A stretch of DNA of 64,000 nucleotides from Gordius albopunctatus (Eukaryota), in assembly GCA_964276515.1 (NCBI GenBank), contig OZ193909.1, positions 4,092,001 to 4,156,000 on the forward strand, written 5' to 3'. Shown in pieces: positions 50,950 through 64,000 of the stretch (position 1 is the first letter of the stretch; each line of letters begins with the position of its first letter). The notes beneath the pieces were generated by a model. It was not told the DNA's origin. It did no database searches and saw only the letters and a list, made by a program, of their open reading frames with translations. The position numbers were made by a program, and so were the translations under genes.

Positions 50950-53770
50950 ATGATAATGTACATAAAAGCATATCTAGCCGCAAGCAATAGGAAAAATCAT
51001 TATATTTGCCAATGCTTTTAACAGCATTCGAAGAGAAACCCTCATTAACACTTTTTTAGCTGTATCCACACAATTTTTAAATTACATTTTATTAAGCTAT
51101 GGTTCTATAACCAAGCTTAGATTCGGCGAATACCTCATTGACTCGTCCGAAGGCATCCAACAAGGAGATCCATTAGGCCCTCCTTTATTTTGTTTAGGCA
51201 TTCATAATTCAGTCGAGGCTATATCATCTCAGTGTACCCTCGATTTAAATATTTTGTATCAACGACGCCACACTATTTGGCCGCCCGGAGGAGATTAGTA
51301 AAGCTCTAGAAATCATCAAAAACTTTGAACCCACTCTAAATCTTAAATCATACTCGAAAAAATGTTAAATCTTTTAGGTTCCCAACACTATTGACTTTCC
51401 AGTTTTTGAAACATTTTTAGTTTTAGAGAGAGAAAACATATAGGGAAGACCAGGGCTACTTTAGCCATAAAAAATTAAATCGCGTTTAAAAAAAACTAAA
51501 AACAATTTTTCCATTTTTTTTGTTGGAATATATTTTTAAGGTCTATTTTTACTATAGGAAAAATATTTGGAGGCAAATAAAAGTTTATCACAAATTAAGT
51601 TTAAAAAAACAAAAATCTAAAATATTTTGAAAATAACCGGATCTAGTCATAGCCGTTAGATTTTTTTTAATGTATATATTGTTTATTTGAATGTAAGAAC
51701 GTTATAAAAAACGAAGTGTTAAAATTCGAAAAATATAAGAGCGGGTAGAAAACAAAATAAAAAAATTATAATTAAAAAGCGTCGCATGTATCATATAATA
51801 AAAGTTTAAAATTGTACTTTGCTATTAAAATACCAATTTTTTGTTTAACTATAAAATTTGTGGAATATTTAGAGGGCGGGCAGCGACGGCTGATATCTTT
51901 AAAAGGCTTGATGGCGGCAGGACCAAAAGTCTCAGAACATGAGGCAACGATAGGGGTAAAGATATTAGAGGGTAGGAGGGCTTCTGACGTTTTCACATCT
52001 TATAAGTTTATGCTAACTCAAATCAATAAAAATATTCTTTCATTATAAAAATGTAGAAAATACAAATGTAATATGATTGTATTTTATATAAAAGAAATAA
52101 AAATAGAGTCAAGATGATAATCTGACTTAAGAACACTCAAAAGGCGGATTTAGCAATGGAAAAAGACTTTTAGTCGTTTTATAATGTATAATCATAGTCT
52201 ATTTCTATTCCAAATAACACTATGTTAGATTATTAAACAAAATTTTTTGTTTTTTAATAAAAAATGGCTAGCAATAGCCCCTCTCCGACTAGCCCCGACC
52301 CCTATTTTCATAAACAATTAAAAGTTTAAGATGTTATATTGCATATAAAAATTTAATCATTAGACAATTTTTATATAGAAATCTCCCTTTATAAGATAAA
52401 AGTTAAATACATCCAAAATATTCAGCCTAAAAAATTTTATGTGCTAAATAAAAAATTTTGTAAAGGCTACTAATAGCCCCGAAAAATAGTTTTTTCTCAA
52501 TATAAATTTTAAATTTTATTTTTTCTAAGCATATTTTTTTGCTTATGGCTTATGGAAAAATACACATATGGTTTAAATTTTGCTTTAATATCAATATTAT
52601 TTTACAAAATAATTAGAAAGATAATAGTAACCCCGGGCTACGACTAGCCCCGGTCTTTCCTACCTTTTGGGATCATCCATTGGCGGCGAAAAATCTCTTT
52701 TAAATTTGCTTCATAAGAACCTCGAAATATTAAAATCTAAAACGGAACTTTTAAAATGCTTGCCTGCACATCACATTTTTTACTTAATCAAAAACTATTT
52801 CAACATTTAAAAGATTTATCATTGTTTTCGCTCATCTGCTGCATTTTGACACCAACACGTTTTAAAGTCGCACGAAGGCTTTTTAAAAACTTTATTAGAA
52901 AAAATTTAAAATTTAATACTAACAATCGGATTCAAGCATCCCTTCCAACCAAATATGGAGGATCAGGAATTCGTCCTGGCGGCAGCCTATCGCTAGCTGC
53001 TTTTATTTCCTCTTTTAAGTCAGTCCAAAACTCAATTTTTAATCTCACAACATATGATTCCGACCCTCTGTTAACTCAAGCCTTGGAGCTTTGGAATTTG
53101 AATGTGACACCAGAGACTATTTAACCTCAAAGTACGAGACAAGATTGGGATTCTTGACTAGTATCGCGCTCCGTTGATTACCTTTTATCGAGCAGCGATG
53201 ATAGCCAGCATTACAACCTTAGGTCCCTCGCTTTTTATGGTCCCAGTCACGAGTGGCTTGAAGCCTACCCATGCAATCCCCTCAATCCGTGAGCCGTTAG
53301 ATCCCTCTCTTGAAGGTAGGATGCGCCCTGACAGTTCTTCTCTAGTCCCCTGGCAAAATAGCCTATCCCTCAAATGGGATTTTACTTGTATTGACATATT
53401 TGCCTCTTCCCATTTTAATTACGACCCTATCGCTGCAGCAAAAGGGCGTAAAACTACAAAGTACTCTGCCCTTTTGGCATCCAATATTTTTATCACTGTC
53501 GTTGCCTCGTGCTCCTGTTCTTTTGGTAAGCAGGTAATGGGGTTTTTTAAAGAAATCGGAAAACGCTCACCGAAATCTAAAATTTCTTAGTCCTTTTTAC
53601 TCAGGCAACAACTAGGGATTATTATTCTACGATACAACTATAAATCCTTTGCCGACTGATGGCCCATTTCAGGAGATCATGATATAGATCTATGTATCTA
53701 ACTAATAGGTCTTTATTTATTTTTGTATTTAGCTTATTTATGTAACTTTGTTTCATTAAAATAAACTTTT
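50950..53770 (+). mobile_element. Decayed CRE-like RLE retrotransposon, interrupted by a MITE
   Basis: EGIQQGDPLGPPLFCLGI (~51150), QASLPTKYGGSGIR, and the RLE-like RPD..LVPW..WDFTCID (53174-53590); homologous to 1-1941. Confidence 0.85.
51443..52660. mobile_element. Tc1/mariner-pogo-like MITE with a nested CRE 3' fragment
   Basis: TIRs GGGAAGACCAGGGCTA and TAGCCCCGGTCTTTCC, TA TSD. Removing it restores the CRE frame ENIYLLGS. A minus-strand RLE C-terminus lies at 51772-51996. Confidence 0.85.
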
Positions 53771-55167
53771 TAACCATAAAAATCATTGTATTAGTCAGAT
53801 TTTGATTGCCATGATCGATATTAGTTAGTCTTAAATAGTTTTGTGATACAGTGTCAAATATAATTCTATATTATTAGCCAGGTATGAAGAAGGTTATGCT
53901 CCCAAAAATTCGTTTAAATAAAAGGCATGTATTTTGTTGCCAAATTTTTTGGTAGACTCTTTTGATGAAATTTTGACTTTTGCATTCGTCTTTAATCTAT
54001 CGATTCTTGCAGAATTGTTTATCAGTTATCTTTGGAGTTAATTTGTTACGAGAAATTTCGATGGAAGGCATTAATATGTTCACAAATCACAATAAAGTAA
54101 AGTAATGGTTAATAAATCGCTATAACTAATTTCGCCATGACTTTATTAGTTATCATGGCGTCAGGGGGTGGTAGGGAGGGGCAGCTGGCGCCCTCTAAAT
54201 CCGAAAATACTTTAAAATTTCATAAAATTCTCATTTTGCCTCTCTTTAAACGTTATTGCCTCTAGTGATGGTGTTAAGTAAGATATAATATTGATATGAG
54301 TTTATATCAGCAAGATTCATCCATATAATCCCATCTACAGAATAAAACTTTGGCGAACCTTTTAAGTTTGCGAGGACAAATAGAAGTTGACAATAAAGCG
54401 CGTCGCAATATAACATGACCAAGGTGAATTCGTTTCAAATAAATATTTTAACGATTTTTAAATAAAAGTTATTGGTAAGATTTTTTTCTCATAGATTCTT
54501 GATAACAGATCATAATAATAATAAGGTTCTAATTTTTTTTAAATAAATTATAATATTTGTATTTTATCATGATAAAATATTTTGTGTATACCAAAAAATG
54601 TCCTATTATAAAGCATACATCGATAGCAATTAATATGGAAATTTATTAGTGTAAATAATATAAATTACACAAAGCTATAAGGGTATATGTAAAAAATAAT
54701 AAGCCATGTTATGTTATTTTTGGGGCGTTAAGTTGAAGCCATTCTTTTATTGGATCGGATGTTGACTTCTAGAAAAATAGAATAATATTTATTGGTTTCT
54801 TAATTTATTTAACTAATAGTTTTTATGATGCTCTGAGATCAACAGCGAAACTTGTATAGCTTTCAACACACCCGATCTATAGTGAAACAAGTAGATACGG
54901 TGCACTTTTGAGGAATTTGATTTGCAAAATGCTCGACTCTGGTCTATTTTTAAAATTTCGACTAAGTCTAGAGGTCGACTAAGGAGAACAGACCAAAAAA
55001 CCTTTGGTTTGTTTATGTTTAATCCACTAAAACCGAAGGTCGACCAAATAAAACCCAACCGTTTTTACTACACTACGCTAAAGAGACAAATTTGACAATC
55101 GTCTTAGTTTTCCATCTCAAATGATTAGCCATTTTTTATGCTGATTTATGAGAACAGGTATATTAGC

Positions 55168-58100
55168 TCAAGATATTCCATGCATTACATTTTGACATCG
55201 ATCCCCAGCATAGCCATCTAGGCATATGCATTCGCCTTCAATGTTGCAGTCGTTACGTCCGTAGGCGTTAATGCAATTTTTCGGGCATTCTAGATTTATA
55301 CAAAATTAGTATAAATACGTAAAATAATATATATAATATTCGGTAAATCAAAAATATTTAGTTGAGCACTAAACTCATAAGAATCATATAAAATGTTCTT
55401 TTAAATTAAGATAATCTTTGAAGCATACCAGTAGCTTGTGGGAAGAATATCGAGATCATATTTTTAATAATGTATCAAGGTGTTTTAACACTTTTAGAGA
55501 CACATTGGTATCAGTGCCAGAAACCTCGCTGTATATTAGTATTGTTATTGTATAAAAGAATGTTACTAATTTCGTTTTTTTCTTAAATGAAAAACTTTTT
55601 TATCTGAAGTATCAATAACAAAATTTACCATTCTAAGAGCATTTGTAATTAATACAGCCTTAGAATGGAAGACGTTGAATCTAGCGGAAGCATCCCAACA
55701 ACATTACGTAAAAAGCTCATTTTTTTGGAATAATCTAAAAAGTTATTTCCATATGTTAATAGATTTATAAGGTTCCCCTAGAAATAATTTAAAGACTTTT
55801 AAACTTATAGGTCAATCAGAAATGGTTGAAAACGCATGTTATTGTCACTTTAATTAAGCTGTGGCGATTTCGATGTATCCAACTGCAGTTAAACTGGTAT
55901 TTTTATTGGCATGTACCAAATTGTTTTTTTTTACGAGAAATATATAGATTTTTCCAGATTTATCAAACATATATAAAAGGATTACAGGACTCACTCCAAC
56001 GTTACTCTGCTCCTCTGGATATTCCATTTATTCATTACTTTTGCGATCACATCTTATTCTACCAACATCACATTGTTGACATAGCTTTCAACTGCACCTA
56101 GCTAGTTATCTAATCATCAAACCTGCTAAATTTTTTATCATCCTTACCAACACCCTCGCTTATATTTAATTTCGCTGTTATTTGATTTTTATCATTGCGT
56201 GTTTTGGTTTAATAATAAAAATAAAGGATTTGACAATCTTTACAAAGCCCTAATTTATAAAACATGTTAAACCAGACTTCATGTGTTCATCATTAATACG
56301 TATTAAAACATAATCATCACTAGTCAAATGTTTTGCCAATCTGTATTATCTAATTTTATAGCAAAACAAGCGAGCTTTATTTATTTATTTTTTATATAAA
56401 TGACATTCACCAATACCTTTACTGCAATCGTCGCCATAAAACCCTGTTTTGCAATAACAACGCTTTCTATTGCATTCGCCAGATTTGGGATCGCCTTTAT
56501 GGCATTTGCATTCACCAGATTTTGAATCGCGTTCATAATGGCATTTGCATTCGGCAGATTTGGAATTGCGTTCATGGCATTCGCAATCTATTAACGATTC
56601 AAAATTATTACTCCTTGCATTTAAAATTACAGAAGATGTGCAATTTGGTAAAAAAAATTTTATATTAAATAAAAATATGGCTTTTTATTTATTGAAATTA
56701 TATGAGAATAAATCTATGAAGTAGTCATTTTAAATAGGTAACTATGAGTTTAAGATGTAAAAATGGTAGAATTTAAAAATGAGGAGTAAATTGAATTATA
56801 TATTTTACTACTGAAATCACAATAAAATTCTTCCCCCTAAATAAATATGCTGTAAAATTTAAATCAATGATTGAGAGGTGTACCTAGAGAACTCCTGAAA
56901 TTACAACACAGAGAGTGTTAAAAAATTCATTTTTTAAATTAACTTATCACTGAAAATGAATTTTTAAGGTAGGATGTTTTGATCATTTATTGCTTTAATC
57001 ATTGAAAATTTGGTATTCAAAAATTTATTATAAAAAAATAAGTTGGTAATAGAGAGTAGTTAAGGTGGAATTTATGATGGGCTAAGTCAGATTTTACTCA
57101 AATGGGGATGCAAAGAAGATGCTCATGATTAACTGAGATGCATACTGATGATATTTTTAAATTCTAATCCTCATTTGGCTTAATATATAATAATATGTAT
57201 TAACCATGAAATGCATAGCAATTAAAAGAGGGGGGATAGGCACCCCTAGACATGTCCATAATAATAAAATAGTTAAATAACACACGCGATATATATATAG
57301 GATAATGATTAAACATAATTTCATAACGTCAAGATGGATGAAACTTATTAAAACAAAGACTAAATCTTATATATAAAAATTATATATATATATATATATA
57401 TATACTTGAACTGCAGTTGCTTCCATATTTGCCGATTGGGCATTCGCATTTGCCTTCCCAAGAGCATTTGTTTCCATTTTTCATATGCTTACAACTACAA
57501 ACTAACAAATACATTAGAGGTGAATTTAAGATATGATTATTGAATTTTTCAATTTTGATATAATTTAATAAGGGGACCCAGACCTTTTAAGTCATTTATT
57601 CTTATCTTAAACTTTAAATCTAGAAACTACAAATTTTTCATAAAAAAATTGATGAAAAAGTCATTATATCTATTGAAGGAAATTTTGTTAAATTTCCAAA
57701 CTGTAAGCTCCTAAAATGTCGGAGTTAAAATAAAAAATATTATAAACATGTGAAAATCATTCGAAATAATAATCGATAATCACATACATCTCAACCTGAT
57801 GGTTTCCAATTTTCAAATATAATCTAATTTTTAGTTTAGATTAATCTTAGAATGATTATTAGCCAGCTATATAAGATACTGTGACGGGTAATATTAACAA
57901 TGTTGTTATATTATATTCGTCCCTGGTAAAATGTAATAACAAAAAACGGAATTAATCATTAAATTTGAGAATTTGATAAAGTCAGAAATTTTAGAATATA
58001 TATATATATTTTTTTCTATGATTTAGTTATAGCTAAAAAAGATTTTTAAATATAAAATTGTAATAAGGTTTCATATTTTAAATAACCTTGATTACTGCCT

Positions 58101-59393
58101 TCTAATTTTAAGATCGACTTTCTTTAAACCTCTTTTAACTCCTTATAGCATCTAGTTGCTTTGTTTTAAATGGATAGGAAGTGCGATAATTTTTAATGTT
58201 AAATTTATTAATATCTTGATTAGAGTCATAAATATATCTATCTTCAATACCCAAATATAAATCAATATAAGTTTTGAAATATTAACAGTGACTTGAATTT
58301 CTTACGTAAGTTATATATAAATTTTTAACTCACTTATAAATAATGTCATTTAATTATTATTTGCAATATTCTTCTTAAAACACCGCAAAAGTAAGATTTT
58401 GATATCACTTATAGTTCAATAGTTTCTATTTAAAACTCAAATAACTCATTATGAACGAGTTGCACCAATTTCTATGGTGTTGTGACCTTTGTACACCTTC
58501 ACAGTTATCACGAACAAGCCAAATTTATCTCAAAATTTTATGAAACAAATTAACGACGTTATTAACCCTCGAGAGCACTCCTGAAAATCACGAACGCGAG
58601 AGCATTCGTGGGGTATATTTGACCCCATTTTTTAACTTCCTATAACTTTTTAAGTATTTTTTTAAACCTTTCAAATTTTGAAAATGTGTTTATAAAGGTC
58701 TTAAGATTGATGGTATAAATTTTGATATGAATCTAATCAACATTACAAAACTTATTAACGATTTTCTTGACCCCCATTTTTATTTTGACTATTTTAGAGT
58801 TTTACCTCTTGACATCATATACCTTAAAATAAATCAAAATAAACGTGATTTTTTATTAAAAGAATGTCCAAAATATATTAAAAACACAAATTGTAAAAGA
58901 TATCATCAAACAAAAAAAATACATACATTTTTTCCAATAGAAAAAAACTTACGTGAGAGCATTCGTGGGGTACACAGTTTAAAAAGTAGTGGGCCAAAAG
59001 TTATGAAATTTTCCTAAAACTTAGTTCTTGGTAAAATATTAGGCTACTGAAAAGGCCAGATTAATTCGTTTTTAAATGCATTTTATATTTGTGTTTGGAC
59101 CCCACGAATGCTCTCGAGGGTTAATAGAGAATAATGTACCCGATTCACACAAACGACCATAAAATCCATCTTTGCAAACGCAGTATCCATTATGAGTCCA
59201 CAGTGTTTGACTCCGAACGCACTCTGTAATTGCCCCAAAAATACATTTCATTTTTATTTTTTCAAATCGTTGGCTTATGCCATAGTAAATAGGTTTAGAA
59301 GTTACTTACTTTCGTTGCAGAGTTGCCCAACAACGTAATCCTGACAAATGCACATTCCGATTGGATTCACCTTTTTAGATGGACATTTACTCA
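55168..59393 (-). CDS. Cys-rich EGF-like repeat protein, at least 5 exons; 5' end unresolved
   Basis: Exons 59310-59393, 59140-59223, 57406-57501, 56417-56587 and 55168-55289, all with AG/GT boundaries and phase 1. Translations include CICQDYVVGQLC, CVCKDGFYGRLC, CECPIGKYGSNC, CYCKTGFYGDDC and CICLDGYAGDRC. Confidence 0.82.
58566..59120. mobile_element. piggyBac-like MITE in an intron
   Basis: TTAA|CCCTCGAGAGCA ... TGCTCTCGAGGG|TTAA, with internal repeats gagagcattcgtgggg. Confidence 0.9.
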
Positions 59394-60062
59394 CTAAATA
59401 AACAATGAAGTTTGTTGCATATGAGTCTAGCTCAGAATTTTATTATTATTACTATTATATAGAGAGCGTAGTAATAATGTCTTTCATATAGATAAATTTT
59501 AACGGTATTTTAATTAAATATGAACTAATTAATCTTAACCCCCTGCATTGAATTGGTTTTCTATTCATACATGTGTTTCCTTGATTTATACAACATAGAT
59601 GATTATCAAAATGTTTTAATTGTGGCATTTAAAAGCAAGTTAAGTCAGCTGCTTTTTACTTTAAATCTCTCATCTGATTAGATGTTGATCCTATATGATA
59701 TAAAAATTTAGTTTGGGTGAAGGTCATATACAAATAAATTAGGTTTTGTTGCAAAGTCCATATTTTGGTAAATGTAAAATAAATCATCCCTGACGCATAT
59801 GTACAACTTATGAAAAATATGTATCAAACTTCAACGTGCGTTAGGACGACAGTTGGAGACTCTCAACCTTTTTAGGTTAAAATTGGATTACAAGAATGAT
59901 CTGCTTTAAATCGTTTTTTATTCAATATAATTGTGGATGATAACTAGAGACATTTATAAGCCATCTGCTGTATGCTATATGCCGATGATATATTACTATG
60001 CGAAGGGACAAAGGAGAAAGTATTCTAAGAAGCCAAAAAATGGTCAAAGCGCTCAGCGGAAT

Positions 60063-60262
60063 NNNNNNNNNNNNNNNNNNNNNNNNNNNNNNNNNNNNNN
60101 NNNNNNNNNNNNNNNNNNNNNNNNNNNNNNNNNNNNNNNNNNNNNNNNNNNNNNNNNNNNNNNNNNNNNNNNNNNNNNNNNNNNNNNNNNNNNNNNNNNN
60201 NNNNNNNNNNNNNNNNNNNNNNNNNNNNNNNNNNNNNNNNNNNNNNNNNNNNNNNNNNNNNN
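60063..60262. other. Assembly gap (200 N)
   Basis: Run of n. Confidence 1.
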
Positions 60263-63200
60263 ATAAAAAATTAAATCGCGTTTAAAAAAAACTAAAAACA
60301 ATTTTTCCATTTTTTTTGTTGGAATATATTTTTAAGGTCTATTTTTACTATAGGAAAAATATTTGGAGGCAAATAAAAGTTTATCACAAATTAAGTTTAA
60401 AAAAACAAAAATCTAAAATATTTTGAAAATAACCGGATCTAGTCATAGCCGTTAGATTTTTTTTAATGTATATATTGTTTATTTGAATGTAAGAACGTTA
60501 TAAAAAACGAAGTGTTAAAATTCGAAAAATATAAGAGCGGGTAGAAAACAAAATAAAAAAATTATAATTAAAAAGCGTCGCATGTATCATATAATAAAAG
60601 TTTAAAATTGTACTTTGCTATTAAAATACCAATTTTTTGTTTAACTATAAAATTTGTGGAATATTTAGAGGGCGGGCAGCGACGGCTGATATCTTTAAAA
60701 GGCTTGATGGCGGCAGGACCAAAAGTCTCAGAACATGAGGCAACGATAGGGGTAAAGATATTAGAGGGTAGGAGGGCTTCTGACGTTTTCACATCTTATA
60801 AGTTTATGCTAACTCAAATCAATAAAAATATTCTTTCATTATAAAAATGTAGAAAATACAAATGTAATATGATTGTATTTTATATAAAAGAAATAAAAAT
60901 AGAGTCAAGATGATAATCTGACTTAAGAACACTCAAAAGGCGGATTTAGCAATGGAAAAAGACTTTTAGTCGTTTTATAATGTATAATCATAGTCTATTT
61001 CTATTCCAAATAACACTATGTTAGATTATTAAACAAAATTTTTTGTTTTTTAATAAAAAATGGCTAGCAATAGCCCCTCTCCGACTAGCCCCGACCCCTA
61101 TTTTCATAAACAATTAAAAGTTTAAGATGTTATATTGCATATAAAAATTTAATCATTAGACAATTTTTATATAGAAATCTCCCTTTATAAGATAAAAGTT
61201 AAATACATCCAAAATATTCAGCCTAAAAAATTTTATGTGCTAAATAAAAAATTTTGTAAAGGCTACTAATAGCCCCGAAAAATAGTTTTTTCTCAATATA
61301 AATTTTAAATTTTATTTTTTCTAAGCATATTTTTTTGCTTATGGCTTATGGAAAAATACACATATGGTTTAAATTTTGCTTTAATATCAATATTATTTTA
61401 CAAAATAATTAGAAAGATAATAGTAACCCCGGGCTACGACTAGCCCCGGTCTTTCCTACCTTTTGGGATCATCCATTGGCGGCGAAAAATCTCTTTTAAA
61501 TTTGCTTCATAAGAACCTCGAAATATTAAAATCTAAAACGGAACTTTTAAAATGCTTGCCTGCACATCACATTTTTTACTTAATCAAAAACTATTTCAAC
61601 ATTTAAAAGATTTATCATTGTTTTCGCTCATCTGCTGCATTTTGACACCAACACGTTTTAAAGTCGCACGAAGGCTTTTTAAAAACTTTATTAGAAAAAA
61701 TTTAAAATTTAATACTAACAATCGGATTCAAGCATCCCTTCCAACCAAATATGGAGGATCAGGAATTCGTCCTGGCGGCAGCCTATCGCTAGCTGCTTTT
61801 ATTTCCTCTTTTAAGTCAGTCCAAAACTCAATTTTTAATCTCACAACATATGATTCCGACCCTCTGTTAACTCAAGCCTTGGAGCTTTGGAATTTGAATG
61901 TGACACCAGAGACTATTTAACCTCAAAGTACGAGACAAGATTGGGATTCTTGACTAGTATCGCGCTCCGTTGATTACCTTTTATCGAGCAGCGATGATAG
62001 CCAGCATTACAACCTTAGGTCCCTCGCTTTTTATGGTCCCAGTCACGAGTGGCTTGAAGCCTACCCATGCAATCCCCTCAATCCGTGAGCCGTTAGATCC
62101 CTCTCTTGAAGGTAGGATGCGCCCTGACAGTTCTTCTCTAGTCCCCTGGCAAAATAGCCTATCCCTCAAATGGGATTTTACTTGTATTGACATATTTGCC
62201 TCTTCCCATTTTAATTACGACCCTATCGCTGCAGCAAAAGGGCGTAAAACTACAAAGTACTCTGCCCTTTTGGCATCCAATATTTTTATCACTGTCGTTG
62301 CCTCGTGCTCCTGTTCTTTTGGTAAGCAGGTAATGGGGTTTTTTAAAGAAATCGGAAAACGCTCACCGAAATCTAAAATTTCTTAGTCCTTTTTACTCAG
62401 GCAACAACTAGGGATTATTATTCTACGATACAACTATAAATCCTTTGCCGACTGATGGCCCATTTCAGGAGATCATGATATAGATCTATGTATCTAACTA
62501 ATAGGTCTTTATTTATTTTTGTATTTAGCTTATTTATGTAACTTTGTTTCATTAAAATAAACTTTTTAACCATAAAAATCATTGTATTAGTCAGATTTTG
62601 ATTGCCATGATCGATATTAGTTAGTCTTAAATAGTTTTGTGATACAGTGTCAAATATAATTCTATATTATTAGCCAGGTATGAAGAAGGTTATGCTCCCA
62701 AAAATTCGTTTAAATAAAAGGCATGTATTTTGTTGCCAAATTTTTTGGTAGACTCTTTTGATGAAATTTTGACTTTTGCATTCGTCTTTAATCTATCGAT
62801 TCTTGCAGAATTGTTTATCAGTTATCTTTGGAGTTAATTTGTTACGAGAAATTTCGATGGAAGGCATTAATATGTTCACAAATCACAATAAAGTAAAGTA
62901 ATGGTTAATAAATCGCTATAACTAATTTCGCCATGACTTTATTAGTTATCATGGCGTCAGGGGGTGGTAGGGAGGGGCAGCTGGCGCCCTCTAAATCCGA
63001 AAATACTTTAAAATTTCATAAAATTCTCATTTTGCCTCTCTTTAAACGTTATTGCCTCTAGTGATGGTGTTAAGTAAGATATAATATTGATATGAGTTTA
63101 TATCAGCAAGATTCATCCATATAATCCCATCTACAGAATAAAACTTTGGCGAACCTTTTAAGTTTGCGAGGACAAATAGAAGTTGACAATAAAGCGCGTC

Positions 63201-64000
63201 GCAATATAACATGACCAAGGTGAATTCGTTTCAAATAAATATTTTAACGATTTTTAAATAAAAGTTATTGGTAAGATTTTTTTCTCATAGATTCTTGATA
63301 ACAGATCATAATAATAATAAGGTTCTAATTTTTTTTAAATAAATTATAATATTTGTATTTTATCATGATAAAATATTTTGTGTATACCAAAAAATGTCCT
63401 ATTATAAAGCATACATCGATAGCAATTAATATGGAAATTTATTAGTGTAAATAATATAAATTACACAAAGCTATAAGGGTATATGTAAAAAATAATAAGC
63501 CATGTTATGTTATTTTTGGGGCGTTAAGTTGAAGCCATTCTTTTATTGGATCGGATGTTGACTTCTAGAAAAATAGAATAATATTTATTGGTTTCTTAAT
63601 TTATTTAACTAATAGTTTTTATGATGCTCTGAGATCAACAGCGAAACTTGTATAGCTTTCAACACACCCGATCTATAGTGAAACAAGTAGATACGGTGCA
63701 CTTTTGAGGAATTTGATTTGCAAAATGCTCGACTCTGGTCTATTTTTAAAATTTCGACTAAGTCTAGAGGTCGACTAAGGAGAACAGACCAAAAAACCTT
63801 TGGTTTGTTTATGTTTAATCCACTAAAACCGAAGGTCGACCAAATAAAACCCAACCGTTTTTACTACACTACGCTAAAGAGACAAATTTGACAATCGTCT
63901 TAGTTTTCCATCTCAAATGATTAGCCATTTTTTATGCTGATTTATGAGAACAGGTATATTAGCTCAAGATATTCCATGCATTACATTTTGACATCGATCC
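60263..64000 (+). repeat. Apparently identical duplicate of 51467-55204
   Basis: Constant offset of 8796; the ORF-track translations are identical in both copies. Confidence 0.95.

Noticed and set aside
56381..56575. ORF-track repeat peptide MNAIPNLPNANA..
   Set aside because: Wrong-frame reading of the Cys-rich exon 56417-56587.
59931..60310. ORFs containing X runs
   Set aside because: Artefacts of translating through the N gap.

Overview
AT-rich eukaryotic (invertebrate-animal-like) DNA, mostly nested and decayed transposable elements, with unusually short spliceosomal introns (about 30-38 nt). Mobile content: CRE-type RLE non-LTR retrotransposons (1-1941, 50950-53770); four RTE LINEs; two Ty3/Gypsy elements, one with ~100-bp LTRs and a CGTAT TSD that holds a Helitron and an RTE; two Helitrons; an intron-containing Ginger-like integrase; a multi-exon THAP/P-element inserted into a hAT transposase; a young non-autonomous LTR element (485-bp LTRs, GTCAT TSD) encoding only zinc knuckles and hydrophobic ORFs; and pogo-like, piggyBac-like and foldback MITEs. 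Host-type genes: an RCC1-domain gene (RCCD1-like), a serpin pseudogene plus an inverted partial copy, and a phase-1-exon EGF-like Cys-rich gene that the ORF track misses. The 3.7 kb after the N gap repeats 51467-55204 and may be an assembly artefact. I found no rRNA, tRNA or CRISPR features. No clearly new biological system can be proven from the sequence. The best candidates are the non-autonomous LTR element with membrane-like/Zn-knuckle cargo and the hydrophobic ORF upstream of the CRE element. All alignments and translations were done by eye.
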